Shown here: positions 25,254 to 37,396 of the stretch, one piece after another
Position numbering within the stretch: the first letter of the stretch is position 1
How the letters are laid out: each line of letters begins with the position of its first letter
Assembly: GCA_035221665.1 (NCBI GenBank)
Contig: CM069162.1
Coordinates: forward strand, 15,624,001 to 15,688,000
Length of the DNA stretch: 64,000 bases
Reading direction: 5' to 3'
Source: Okamejei kenojei
Taxonomy: Eukaryota
Notes under the pieces: model-generated
The model's input: only the letters and a program-made list of their open reading frames with translations
Databases searched by the model: none
What the model was told of the DNA's origin: nothing
Position numbers and translations under genes: made by a program

Positions 25254-25558
25254 GTGGTAGGTGCGGTGATAGAGCTGCTGCCTCACAGCGCCAGAGACCT
25301 GGGTTCGATCCTGACCCCGGGTGCTGTCCATGTGGAATTTGCACGTTCTCCCTGTGACCACGTGGGTTTTATCCGGGTGCTCCGGTTTCCTCCCACATCT
25401 AAAAGACGTGCGGGTTTGCAGTTTAATTGGCCTCTATAAATTACCCTTGGTGTGCAAAAGTGGGATAATATAAAGCTAATCTGAATGGGCGATGATGGTG
25501 AGCGTGGACTGGTGGGCCGAAGGGCCTCATTCTACACTGTATCAATCAATCAATCAAA
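25254..25558 (+). mobile_element. tRNA-derived SINE (HE1-like)
   Basis: B box ggttcgatcc, conserved body, tail gggccgaagggcc followed by (tcaa)n. Confidence 0.85.
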
Positions 25559-27935
25559 CAATCGGGCTATCGTTATAAACGTTGAACAAAGCAAATAGTT
25601 TGTGTGCAATAAAGTAATAACTGAGGCCCAAAAAGGTGGCCCATTCTGTTTGTGATTTTAGCATGGAACTACATCCCTTACTGAGGAGCATGTTTATTTG
25701 ATTGATTTTCTTTGTTAGAATTGATATTTTGTGTGGCTTTGCTGTGGATTGACCCTGACATGTGTGTTTAAACTTGCTAGCGGATATTATTTTCAAATTA
25801 TATACGACTGTCCTTATTAACCATTGAGCAGAGGGGACACTTGTACGCCTTGCATCTTTAGATTTTGTTTAGTTTTAGGTTTATTATTATTATCACATGT
25901 ACCGAGGTACAGTGAAAAGCTTTGTTTTGCATGCTAACCAAGCAGATCAGATATACCATACATAGACACAATCAAGTCGAACTCAGATAATAATACAGAT
26001 GGAGCAATGGGGATGAAAGAGTGCAGAATATAATTCTCGGCATTGAAGCACATCAATTCCATAGACAAACTCCAATATCTTCAATGGGTAGAGGTGAATC
26101 AGGCAATGCCCTGGCGCAAGATATCAGCCTCTTCCTGACTTTTCATCGGAAGTAATTTGGGTTGTTGTGTTTGTCCACCGGAACCTGGTGGATTGATGTT
26201 GTTGGTCACTATTTTTAATGGCTGCTATGACAACACTGAGTGTAAGTGAACCATTGGCAATATTAAAGGCCTGCATCAGTATGATTTGATACATTTGATT
26301 GGAGGGTAATCATTTATTTATTTAATTAATTAATTGGATGCTGGGTCAAAAGATTATCAGAATGATAGTGAAAGGAGCCAAGAAATGTAACTGGATTTCC
26401 CCAACACTGGTTGATAAAACACCCCATTTTGGAACCTAACAAGCCCACAAGATCTACATGCACTCATGCCCCTTCTATTGGAAGTGAACTGCCAGAACCC
26501 TGCCGACCACCTGCCACGTTTGTACCAGATTCCTCCTATTGGAACAACCAGTTAACTATCTTGATTCGAGTTGCTATCTCTTCCAAATGGAGGCTAACCC
26601 TGGTTCTAAACATCAACAAAAAAAAAACACACAAAGTGTTGGAGTAACTCAGTGGGTCAGACAGCTTCTCTGGAGAACATGAACATGAATAGGTGATGTT
26701 TCAGGTCAGGACCCTTCTTCCTCATCTATCCAAGTTATCCAGAGATGCTGCCTGATCATTTGAGTTGCTCCAGCGCTGTGACTTTTTTTGTAAAACATCA
26801 TCTGCAGTTCCTTGTATCTCTGGTTTTAAACATGGCTGAAAGGCTATTTTATGTCCCCAGTTCATCCAGCTATTTCCCTGAATTCATAAAATAGAAGGGA
26901 GATCCTTTCACACCCGTTGGGGATTAAACATGATTGCACGTATTCTGATTTCTAACACACACACTGGTAGCAATGTTCCCTCTTCAGGTTATTTTTTACA
27001 GCAGAACAAGTGGCATTGATTAGAGTAATCTGAGACGTTGCAGAGCGCGGGGAGATGGAGAATGAATTTGGGAAATAAAGTAACGTTCCAGACATGTTTA
27101 AAACCAGGGCTGTTTTCCATCTACAGTATAAGAAATATTTTATCTCTTTAGTCCACCCACTTCCCATTGTAAAAGCTTGTTTGCAGCTCATTTTTAATCT
27201 GGAGTACGCTTAGATTCTTGTAGTCATTGTTTGCAAAATAAAATAATTTTTCAGAAAGATAAATTCCAGAATAAAATCGAAGTCTTGTCCGGTCTTCTCG
27301 ACCTGCATCTTCAACTCTTAAGACTTTCTGTCCGTTGGATATGCTTTCCATCTCTGGTGTATAGAAGTTTGAGTAACTTACATCTCTTAATAGTCAGGCT
27401 TAGTGTCACTCAAGTTTGTAAATCAGATTCTGCGTGTGGTCTGCACTCAGCTGACCATGTTAATGAGGTGAAATGGCAATGATTCAGCTAATAGGAGAGG
27501 AGGAGATGGAAATAGTCTTGAGGCCAGAAACTCAATGGGAAGGAAAGCAACCAATATTTCAAGGGGTTAACTTTTCATCTGGTTGAAGCTGAGAATGCAC
27601 AATGAAACAAATCTCATGCCTGTCTGTGTGTACCTTTTTTTTGCATAACCTTGTAAACAAAAACGCAGTACTCCTAATGCACAGTTACAGTTTAAGCTTT
27701 GAAACAAAGTCCAGCTCTCTTGTTAAAAAAGTGTCCTGTTAACAACACAGCTGTGCTCAATTTATCAACAGGAAATGAGGGATGGATACTGGGGGGTGTG
27801 GGGGGTGGGTACGACAACTCTGCTTAGTGCAATCCTAGGGTCAGAATTTGAGCCGTTTTGCTGACCATGGCTTTGCTTGCTGTTCTGTGTAAACTTTCTC
27901 TGTTCATCTTGTCTCTGCCTCTTTCTCTGTCCCAG

Positions 27936-28019
27936 TATGCTCTGCTTTACAAGGGCTTCAGCCTCCTGCCTGAAAACAATTTCTATTGGCGACTTCCTCA
28001 TCAGTACCTGGGCAACAAG
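27936..28019 (+). CDS. HSPG2: Extra perlecan exon duplicating the L4 segment: YALLYKGFSLLPENNFYWRLPHQYLGNK
   Basis: Strong acceptor gtctctgcctctttctctgtcccag, donor AAG|gtaacc, 84 nt, phase 0-0; carries the laminin IV signature YWxLPxxY/FxGxK that normally precedes VxSYGG. Confidence 0.85.
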
Positions 28020-29182
28020 GTAACCAATAGATTCCGGTAGCAGCTTAGAAAAGCCTTTGTTTCGCGCATTTGACTTTTCGTGCCAATTGGAATGAGTGAT
28101 GTGTCGTCATCTAATTTTATCATGATTGTGCCTTAGTTTTCCGTACCTTTTAACTGGTTGAAATATCCTCAGTGGTGGGGGGGGGGGGGGGGGAACGTGT
28201 CAAAGAGCTGGAATAATGCACTTATTTTTGTAAGGCAATATCTGCAGTTTCTTGTTTCTACACTACGTATTACACTGATCCTCAACGTCAAGAAGTTTCA
28301 TGGTGATACAACCTGATAAAGCAATCAGGAATAACTCACTGTCTGAAGAAGGGTCTCGACCTGAAATGTCACCTATACCGTTTCTCCAGAGATGCTGTCT
28401 GACCCGTTGAGTTCCTGCAGCTTTTTGTGTCTATACATCACCGTCTTGAGAAACTGGTGCATGATACGATTCTCCATATTACACTGGTATTGCCAGTAGA
28501 ATAACATGATGGCAGCTCCCCATGGCTGATGCCAGTCTGTGGTGAACTACTATTAATATCTTCCTCTTTAAGCAAGCTTTGGATGTTGATATGAAATGTC
28601 AGGAAGCCTTTTGAAAAACCCCACAGCTAGTGTTTACCTGCCATCCTTCCACTTCCAGCTCCAAACAGCGAATCAAGGAACATCTTCATTCAGCGGCAGC
28701 AGCTGTTAGTAGAAAATGCCAGGCTGGCTCCCATCCCTGGCATCCCCCCATTGTTCCACTTCCCTAGAACCTCGCTCCATTCCCTCGACCCGCGCTCTGT
28801 TCCTGGGAGCTGCACTCCATTCCCGAGAACCACGCTCCGTTCCACAGTTGCTGACCAGCCCCTGAGCTAATCAAGCTATGTGCAGTGCCATAGTAGTTAA
28901 TAAAAGCAGGGAATGCATTATTCAGAAAATTTACGTTTCTGAAAAGTACAAATTGAATCTACAATATATAAATTTCTATTCAACAGCTCAAAAGTCATCT
29001 TGTATAAATATCAGCTATAACCATAAAATAGCTCACAATGTTTTTGCAGTTCTCCACCTTGGCAGAGCACCCAAGTGTTGACTGAAGGGTGTACCGGTGA
29101 GACGGGTTCTCTTGCAGTGCCGATGATCCTGGTGTAACGAGGGTATGAAGCAACCTGGTAACTGGTCTGTCCTTTCCCTCAG

Positions 29183-29275
29183 GTGACATCCTACGGTGGA
29201 CGCCTTCGTTACACGCTCTCCTACGACTCGGGGTTCCGGGGAACTGCAGTACCAGATGCGGACGTCCAGATCATT
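29183..29275 (+). CDS. HSPG2: Perlecan exon, L4 module (VTSYGGRLRYTLSYDSGFRGTAVPDADVQII)
   Basis: ctttccctcag acceptor, gtacgt donor, 93 nt; resembles human VAAYGGKLRYTLSY...DPDVQIT. Confidence 0.96.
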
Positions 29276-29989
29276 GTACGTGACCGCACCTCTCTCCAAC
29301 AGCCGTGGCTCATCCAAGCTTTATGGCACTTTGTCGACGTTAAGATTTCCACCGTGTATTCTGTGCACTGGGAACAGAAATTTGGGAGTTGTCAAGTTAG
29401 CAGGGAAATGGGTTCGGACCTTTTCTGGAGAGGTGACCAGACATGGGACATGCGTCAGCTTCTAACACCGGAGGCTAGTTCCAACATCATCCTAACAGAT
29501 CATTTAACTGAATGGCCGAATGGCCTGTTTCCATACTGCATCTCTTAACTAAGTTAAAGTAAACTAAACTGAGATAGAGTAGCCCTCTCACTCATTGAGT
29601 GTGGGACTCTCATTATTCCTTCCCCCCAATGGATTTTTGAAGGTTTCCTTGAGCAAACAATCGGGCATCTCTCTTTCCCCCTCAAAAAATAAGGCTTTGT
29701 TTTATGATGCTTCGGGAATAATTGTCATTTATTCACCCTCTAGATCATTTTGTTGTCCCTGACCAAAAATTGATCCATCTGAAGAAAGGTCCTGACCTGA
29801 AACGTCACCTATCCATGCTCTCCAGAGATGCTGCCTGACCCGCTGGGTTACTTCAGCACTTTGTTTTTTCTTTGTAAACCAGTAGTTCCTTGTTTCTACA
29901 TTCTTATAATCCAGGCTGTGGAGCTATTTGCTAGGGCCACCTTGATGTACCTGTGCTCATCCTTTCAAGTTGCTGCTGGTTTGAAATGA

Positions 29990-30385
29990 AAGAGCGTTGG
30001 AGGCTGAGAGGTGATCTTATCAAGGTGTACTAGATCATGAGGGGAATACATAGGGTAAATGCACAGTCTCTTACCCAGAGTAGTAGAATCAAGAACTAGT
30101 CAACGTGGGTTTAAGGGGAGGAGGGGGGGAAGATTTAAGAGGACCTGAGGGGTGACTTTTACACAGAGACTTGTTGGGTATATGGAACGATCTGCGAGGT
30201 GAGGTAATTGAGGCAGGTGCTATAACAGGACTTAGAAGGCATTCTGACAGGTACATGGATAGGAAAGGTTTTGAGGGATATGGGCCAAACATGGGTAGGT
30301 GGAACTAGTGTAGATGGGGCATCTTGGTCAGAATAGACAAGTTGGGCCAGAGGGCCTGTTTACGTGCAATATGTCTCTATGACTC
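29990..30385 (+). mobile_element. CR1-type LINE 3' fragment (same subfamily as 13430)
   Basis: ggaggctgagaggtgatcttat...gggccagagggcctgttt tail. Confidence 0.82.
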
Positions 30386-31338
30386 CAACTGCGACCCTTT
30401 AGTGAATGGCCTGCTTCTGTCTTTATCTTCTTCCCTGGCGATCCCAGGGCATAGAGGACAATTGTTTGAGCATGAGGGAGTGCGAGGCATTGTATGGTGG
30501 GGGTAATTTATAAGGTTAGCCCCTCTCCCTGCCCGGTGTGGGCTATTTTAATCAATTAATTAAATCCTGACATTCCAGGCACTAATTGAAGTTTAATCAT
30601 TGTTATCTTTCTATGATTTTTACATTAGAAAGCACATTCCCTCTGTGTATGTAAATGAGCTACAATATTTCAGAAGGGCTTCTCCAAAATATTACTTCTT
30701 GTGGTGTTGAAGGGGAACGAGCACAGCAGTACACTCTAAGCTGAAGAGGGAGATCTCCAGATTCTTGGATAGGCACAAAGTTCTGGAATAACTTAGCGGG
30801 TCAGGCAGCATCTTTGGAGAAAAAGGATGAGTTCCCGACCTGAAACCTCGCCCATCGTTTTTCTCTAGAGTTGCTGCCTGACCCGCTGAGTTACTCCAGA
30901 ACTTTGTGCCAATCTTACATGTAAACCTAGCATCTGCAGTTCCTTTGTACACTCTCCAGGTGCATTGTTGGCTGTTATATTTGGAGCGTAAAAGGAACCA
31001 TGGTATAATGGTTTCTTTATTAGGTGCTTAGGTGGAATTCTTTGCCACAGAAGGCTGTGGAGGCCAAGTCCATGGATATTTTTAAAGTAGAGATAGATAG
31101 ATTCTTGATCAGTATGGGGGTTATGGGGAGATGGCAGGAGACTGGGGTTAAGAGGGAGAGATAGGTCAGACATGATTGAATGGCGGAGTAGACTTGAAGG
31201 GTCGAATGCGCTAATTTTGCTCCTATTGCTTATGATCTTATGGAAACCTTACCTAATTACTTTATGGTACCTTCTCCTTGCACAGCGCTGAAATCTGTTG
31301 GATGTGGATCTGAGCTTGTTTTCACATTGATCTTTCAG

Positions 31339-31422
31339 GGTAACGATATCACCTTGGTTACCTACCACGCTCACCAGCTGAGTCCGAGAGAGACCATGAG
31401 CTTTGAGGTCATGTTCAAGGAG
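31339..31422 (+). CDS. HSPG2: Perlecan exon, L4 module (GNDITLVTYHAHQLSPRETMSFEVMFKE)
   Basis: tctttcag acceptor, gtaaag donor, 84 nt, phase 0-0. Confidence 0.95.
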
Positions 31423-31639
31423 GTAAAGGCTTGCATTTTACATATTGCATGTCAACATTCCATTGCCGTAAACTTCAATGATGAGAAAGTGAAAACAATT
31501 TGGGCAGCACAGTCGTTAGCCTAGGGAGCCAATGCTTTCCTGGCCCTGTTGCTGTCTGGGCGGAGTTTGCATGCTCTCCTTCTGACTATTTGGGTTTCCA
31601 CCCGCAGCCCAATTACTGGGTTGGTGGGTCAATGGACCC

Positions 31640-31980
31640 TTAGTGTGGGGGGGTCGTAGGGCGAGTGGGGTTGTAGGTGAGTTAAGGTGTGTCGGGGGTT
31701 GGGGGGGGGGGGGATAGTCGGGGCCAGGGGGTGAATATCGCAGGATGAATCTGGATTTGGCGGTTGAGGGAGTCTGGATGTGGGGGGGGGGGGGGGGGGG
31801 GGATCGCGGGATGAGTCTGGGTGAGTGCCTCGGGGCGTGTGTGCGTGGAGGGATAATGGGGTGAGTCTGGAAGTTGGGGGGGGATATTGGTGTGAGTCTG
31901 GGTATGGAGGGGAGTCACAGGGTGTGTCTGTCCGAGTGGGAGCATAGGGTTAGTGGCGAGCTGTTTGGGGTGTGGAGTGG
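31640..31980 (+). repeat. G-rich degenerate tandem repeat with long G runs
   Basis: Recurring gagtctgg/ggatga units and G homopolymers at about 31701-31713 and 31782-31802. Confidence 0.7.
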
Positions 31981-32032
31981 TCACGATACTTTAGAGGCCC
32001 AGTGCTGACCGTGGATCTCCTCTCCCACACAG

Positions 32033-32263
32033 CAACTTTGGAAGCGCCCAGATGGCCAGCCGGCCACCAGGGAGCATCTGCTGATGGTCCTCGCTGACCT
32101 GGATGAAGTCCTCATCCGGGCCACCTACTCGACTGACATGATCTCTGCCAGCCTCTCTGACGTGAGCATGGAGATCGCAGTGCCCTTCTACACCGGCCTG
32201 GGCCAGGCACTGGAGGTGGAAGAATGCCTTTGCCCACAGGGCTACCATGGCTTGTCTTGCCAG
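32033..32263 (+). CDS. HSPG2: Perlecan exon, end of L4 module (QLWKRPDGQPATREHLLMVLADLDEVLIRATY...ALEVEECLCPQGYHGLSCQ)
   Basis: ctcccacacag acceptor, gtgact donor, 231 nt; RPDGQPATREHLLM is diagnostic of perlecan. Confidence 0.98.
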
Positions 32264-33359
32264 GTGACTACTGTCTTTACTTGTAACTGCAACTGACGAC
32301 ACACAGTTAGTTAGGACTTGTTATTGTTGTCTTCCTGCAACAATCAACATATTATTACTGAACAGAAGCAGAGCAAAAATTGGAAGATTTCTGGGGTGAC
32401 CCTAGAACTTATGAAGGAATCTATTTATAGCAACATGAATAATTCCGGGACAAAATAAATATGTAGACATCAGGGATATTGAGCAATAAACCAACTGCTA
32501 CATGGACTCATTGGGACAAACAGCATCTGTGGGGGGATGTGGACAGAAGATTTTTTGGGTAGGGATCCTTCTTCGGGCTGACCATACATCATGTGTCAAC
32601 TTCCCTCCTCAGATGCTGCCTGACCTGCAGATATTTTCTAATTATGTTTATGTTTAAAAAAAAACAACGTCCTTTTGTGTGAAGAATTTATTTTTCTCGA
32701 GAGGTTGAATTCTCAGAATGTGCGTTCTTGTGCACTGAAGGTTTCACTGAACTGCAGTTGGCATTAAAAACGTAAAGCCTTGTAAAATATGTGGTTGGGG
32801 AGAGATTGAGGAAGAGTGCTGTATTGCAGTTATTTGGGGCACTGCTAAGACCATTCCAGGAACGCTGCAGAACTTTGGCTCATTGCCTACCAAGAGATGT
32901 CTTTTTGCCATGGTAAGGGATTAGGAAGGTGACTGATAGTTCCTTAGTTGAGGTGGGTATCTACCAAGGTGGAATTACGTTTGAAGTTTGGAAAAATGAG
33001 AGATATCAATGAATTGTTAAAATAATTCTGAGAAACTTGACGTGGGAGACTAATGAATGTTGTTGCATCAGCTGGAGTGCTGGGAAATGAGGCTCATGAC
33101 GTCAGGATGAGGGGTCACAGAGATGAGGATAAATGTCTTCAATGTTGGTGAATTTTTGCACTTTCCTGCCAGTGAGACCTGTGGATGATCCAAGGTGGGC
33201 TATTGGGCACAATAGTATGCCTGCAAGAATGTCATTGTCCTTATCTGGGACTCGTGTCAATAACCTCTCTTGAATCTTGAAGAGATTCAGGTCGGAATAC
33301 AAAGAATAAATGTTAAGCATGGAATAGCAGTTAAGCAGTGGGAAGCAGTACATTTAGAA

Positions 33360-33665
33360 GGGCAGCACTGTGACACAGCGGTACAGCTGCTGCCTTACAG
33401 CGCCACAGAGCCGGGTTTGATCTGGACTACGGGTGCTGTACTGGACTGTAGAGTTTGAACATTCTCCTCGTGAGATGGGATTTCTCCGGACGCTCCCGTT
33501 TCCTCCAACACTCCAAAGACGAACATGTTTTTAGGCTAATTGGCTTGATACATTTGTAAATTGCCCCTCAAGTGTGTAGGATAGTGTTAGTGTACAGGGA
33601 TCGCTGGTCGACACGGACTCGGTGGAACAAAGGGCCTGTTTCCGCACTGTATCTCCAAACTAAAC
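33360..33665 (+). mobile_element. tRNA-derived SINE (HE1-like)
   Basis: tRNA-like head, conserved body, gggcctgtttcc...taaac tail. Confidence 0.82.
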
Positions 33666-34628
33666 ATGGGAAGTAGAGAAGGCCACAGACGAATGAAGCT
33701 CAAGTTCCTTAGGCAGTTTCATGCTGTAAAAGTTGTAAATGTTTCATGCAAGTGCTTTTAGAGAAAATCTGACCAAGTGATACTAGAGCATACAACTAAA
33801 TGTTTCATCATGAAGGTCGGTGTTGGCCAGCATCTTGGCTAGAAGGAAGAAGATAATTATGAGATGGAATTCCTGAGTGCAGGACTTTCGAACTGAAGAC
33901 TTGGCCATGGGCAGTGGTACCCTGGATACACACCTGTGGAGGAACACAGTTTCAAAGCTAAGGCACTGAGTTACACCATAGAGAGCAAATGAGCTAATTG
34001 AGAGATTTGAAAATATGAACAAGGGCCACCACTCTTTTTTTATCCTCTTCATTTCTAAAATTGTGGGGTTTTTTTCAGCACAATTTATGATGCTTGGTGT
34101 TATTTAATGCGAGATTGGTCGGGTGGGAGGTTGGCAGAAAACAGTAAATTTAGGAATTGGATGAACATGAGTAAAGGAAATACCATAGTGGGACTGAAAT
34201 AAAAACATGATGGGAGAAATGTTCAGAAGGTCAGACAGCTTCTATTGGCGGAGAAAAAAATAGTTCATATTTTGGTCCAGTTTTATTTAAGATCTCCACC
34301 ATCTGCAAGTTCTTGGTTTTTGGATTTAAGTGCGGCTAATTTAATAGCTCCTTCAAAGGAGAACCAATGATCTTAGTTGATTCAAGAAATTAATTGAAGT
34401 CATCTCTATATATTAGATTCCACCAAGACCTTAAGGTTGAGAGTATTGAAACTGGTGAACAAGACTCTGATTTATAGTTGAATTCTCGATAAAGATACAC
34501 AGTGGGTTAGCAAGTATATGTCCCTCTTTTTGGCTTCTCTTTCGTGCCGGGGTACAATAATGTGTAACTAGGAGGATATTTGGGGGAAAAAAAGTTGTGT
34601 GTCTAAGTCGCTTTTTTTTCTTTCCTAG

Positions 34629-34742
34629 GACTGTGCGCCTGGTTATACGAGGACCAGCGGAGGCCTGTACCTGGGACACTGCGAGCGGTGTGAATGCAAC
34701 GGACACTCGGATGCCTGCCATCCGGAGAGTGGTGCTTGCTCG
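34629..34742 (+). CDS. HSPG2: Perlecan exon, laminin EGF-like (DCAPGYTRTSGGLYLGHCERCECNGHSDACHPESGACS)
   Basis: tttcctag acceptor, gtacat donor, 114 nt, phase 0-0. Confidence 0.97.
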
Positions 34743-35614
34743 GTACATAGTTCCACCATCTACTTCACTGTGTTAGCACTCAAGTTTCCACTAAAAATTC
34801 ACAATTTGCACTCAAGTTTCCACTAACAAACCATCGATCTTCAGGAAAGATTTCCGGGCACCTCTCATCCCATGTTTCCTTGGGATCTCTCAGTAGCAAG
34901 AAGATATCAGATGTGAGGCTGTTCAAAGAATCCTTCTGTCCATTACTATTTTGAAAAGCTTCTGATGGTGCTTGGAACATATTTTGAATGATATAGCTTC
35001 ACAAATTATCCCAAAAATGTCTTGGGAAAGCGATTTAATTGGTTAATGTAAATCGCTCCAAGTGTACGGGCAAGTGGTAGAATCTGGGGAAAGATGAAAG
35101 GAATGTGAGGTAAAATAACTGGGATGGGTTCAAGACGAGTGCTCAATGGCTAGCACAGACTCAGTGGGCAGAAAGGACTGTAACTGTGCTGTGTGACTCC
35201 ATGACTCATGCCCCATGCCATCCATGGATCTCTCCACTAGCTTAAAGGTAGATTTAGTGAATATATTTAGGATGTGCGTGGGTGTGAGAGATGGGGAAGG
35301 AATGACATTTGCTTTTAGGGGGGTGGGGGTGGGGGCGTTGACTAGCAATGCAAAGTAAAAGATCTTACTTTGCTTGTTGTAAAAGAGAAACTTGACTCCG
35401 TGTTAGTTAATTATTGGCAGAGGATGAGTTGGTGAATTGTTTACAACTGGCAGTGGTGAAAGCTTGAACTAATTGATTTAATACATCACATAAGAGATAT
35501 GTAACCCATGAGCTCTTTGTTTTTCCCACACTTGTTCATGGTAATACACTGATTAACAAATCTAGAACGAAAACGGGCATAACTAAGGCAATCTTCTTTT
35601 CGACTGTTGAACAG

Positions 35615-35742
35615 AACTGTTTATATAACACTGCTGGGGAGTTCTGTGATCGTTGTGCCCCTGGGTATTACGGTGATGCTACAGCAGGTACTCCAGAGGA
35701 TTGCCAACCCTGCGCTTGCCCCCTGCCCATCGCAGAAAACCA
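35615..35742 (+). CDS. HSPG2: Perlecan exon, laminin EGF-like ([42 protein letters not shown])
   Basis: gaacag acceptor, gtaagt donor, 128 nt, phase 0 to 2. Confidence 0.97.
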
Positions 35743-35799
35743 GTAAGTTACCCCACTTCACCAAGCACATTTACATTTAATCATCTGTTCAATCTTTTG

Positions 35800-36085
35800 G
35801 GTGAGCTGCTGCCTCACAGTGCCAGAGGCCTGGATTCGATCCTGAACCTGGGTGCTGTCTGTGTGGAGTTTGCGTGTTCTCCTCGTGGCTGTGTGGGTTT
35901 CTTAACGGCTTCCTCCCACATCCCAAAGTCGTGCAGGTTTGCAGGTTAATCGGCCTCTGTGAAATTGCCCCCGGTGTTTAAGAGGTGGATTCTAAAGTGG
36001 GATAACATAGAACTAGTGTGAATGGTCGCGTGGACTCGGTGGGCCGAAGGGCCTGTTTCCACACTGTATCTTCCAATCAATCAAT
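35800..36085 (+). mobile_element. tRNA-derived SINE (HE1-like), 5'-truncated
   Basis: gagctgctgcctcacagtgccaga, conserved body, gggccgaagggcctgtttcc, (tcaa)n tail. Confidence 0.83.
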
Positions 36086-36488
36086 TGTTCAATGACCTTT
36101 CCATGGAATCTGGAATGTAGTACAGTTTTACGCTATCTTTCGCTATCTCTCTGAGGTACAAGCTTCACTTAAGCAGTCGGTGAGCATCAGAGGCCTCGAC
36201 ATCCCAACATTGGCCCCATCACCCTTACAGAAACTACAGGGCTTGAGAAGAGGCCAGTGGTTTAAAGTATTGGGTGCTGTCTGGTGCCGTCTGTCAGACC
36301 TGTTGAGTCTTTCCTGCTTCTGTTTTCACTGCGGGGTCTACCCCCAGGAGACTGCCTGAGGTGACTCGCTTCCTACAGAGCAGCAGCAGCACCTGTTGAC
36401 ATGTTGGCCAGTGTTGTGGGAGGGTCGGTGCGATTGTTCCCGGCAGTCACTGATCCTGGCAGTGTCATCGTTAAAGGAGCACAACACT

Positions 36489-36820
36489 GGGCAGCACTGT
36501 GGCACAGCAGTAGTGTTGCTGCCTTGAAGCGCCAGAGACCCAGGTTCGATCCTGACTACGGGTGCTGTGTCTACGGAGTTCTCCCCGTAACACGCGTGGG
36601 TTTTCTCCCCGTAACGTGCGTGGGTTTTCTCCGAGATCTTCGGTTTCCTCCCACACTCCAAAGACATGCAGGTTTGTAGGTTAGTTAGCTTGGTGTGTGG
36701 GATAGTGTAAATGTGTTCTGGTGTGTGTAGGATAGTGTTAATGTGTGGGGATCGCCGGTATGTGCAGACTCAATGGGCCGAAGGGCCTGTTTCCACACTA
36801 TATGCATAAAATAAACTAAA
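36489..36820 (+). mobile_element. tRNA-derived SINE (HE1-like) with internal short tandem duplications
   Basis: B box ggttcgatcc; duplicated ttctccccgtaac..gcgtgggtt; taaac tail. Confidence 0.85.
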
Positions 36821-36946
36821 ATTGATTGTTTAAATATATCTTTAAACTACACTAAACTCACCTTGAGGGTCATTATAGTTTCTGACTGTGTGGGTTTGAG
36901 GGCTTGTGACTTCTCTCAGCGCATGTCTCTCCTCCTTTTCTCCTAG

Positions 36947-37033
36947 GTTTTCGCCCCTCTGTGAAAACAACGGAGCGGATGGTTTCAGGTGTACAGCCTG
37001 TCTGCTTGGCTACACCGGGCAGCACTGCGAATA
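36947..37033 (+). CDS. HSPG2: Perlecan exon, laminin EGF-like (FSPLCENNGADGFRCTACLLGYTGQHCE)
   Basis: cttttctcctag acceptor, gtaagt donor, 87 nt, phase 2-2. Confidence 0.96.
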
Positions 37034-37396
37034 GTAAGTTGACCCGATGGTCAGTCGAGATAAGATTCCCTGCAAACCTCTGCCAACCTTTTGATTCTTG
37101 CTTTTATTGGAGCAAGTCTGAAACTCTCTTGCCCCCAACCTCCATTTTCCAATGACACATTTGTCTTTATATTGCAGTTTTTTAATAACTTAAGGTTTTC
37201 TTAGGAATACAACTGTTGCATTATCGCCAAAATACCCTTATGAATGCTCACGAGGTCATGCAGGGACATGCTGACCATGGGTGTAATTGAGTCAAGAGGG
37301 TAAAAGGATGGGGCCCATGTGAAGTCTTTGTTTTATCTATACACTAGCTCCCTGCTGCTGGTTTTCCATCACCGTAACACTGCATTTTTGTTTTAG

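Noticed and set aside
29118-29142. Possible micro-exon ttgcag|...|gtatga just before the VTSYGG exon
   Set aside because: In-frame TGA and only about 40 nt to the next acceptor
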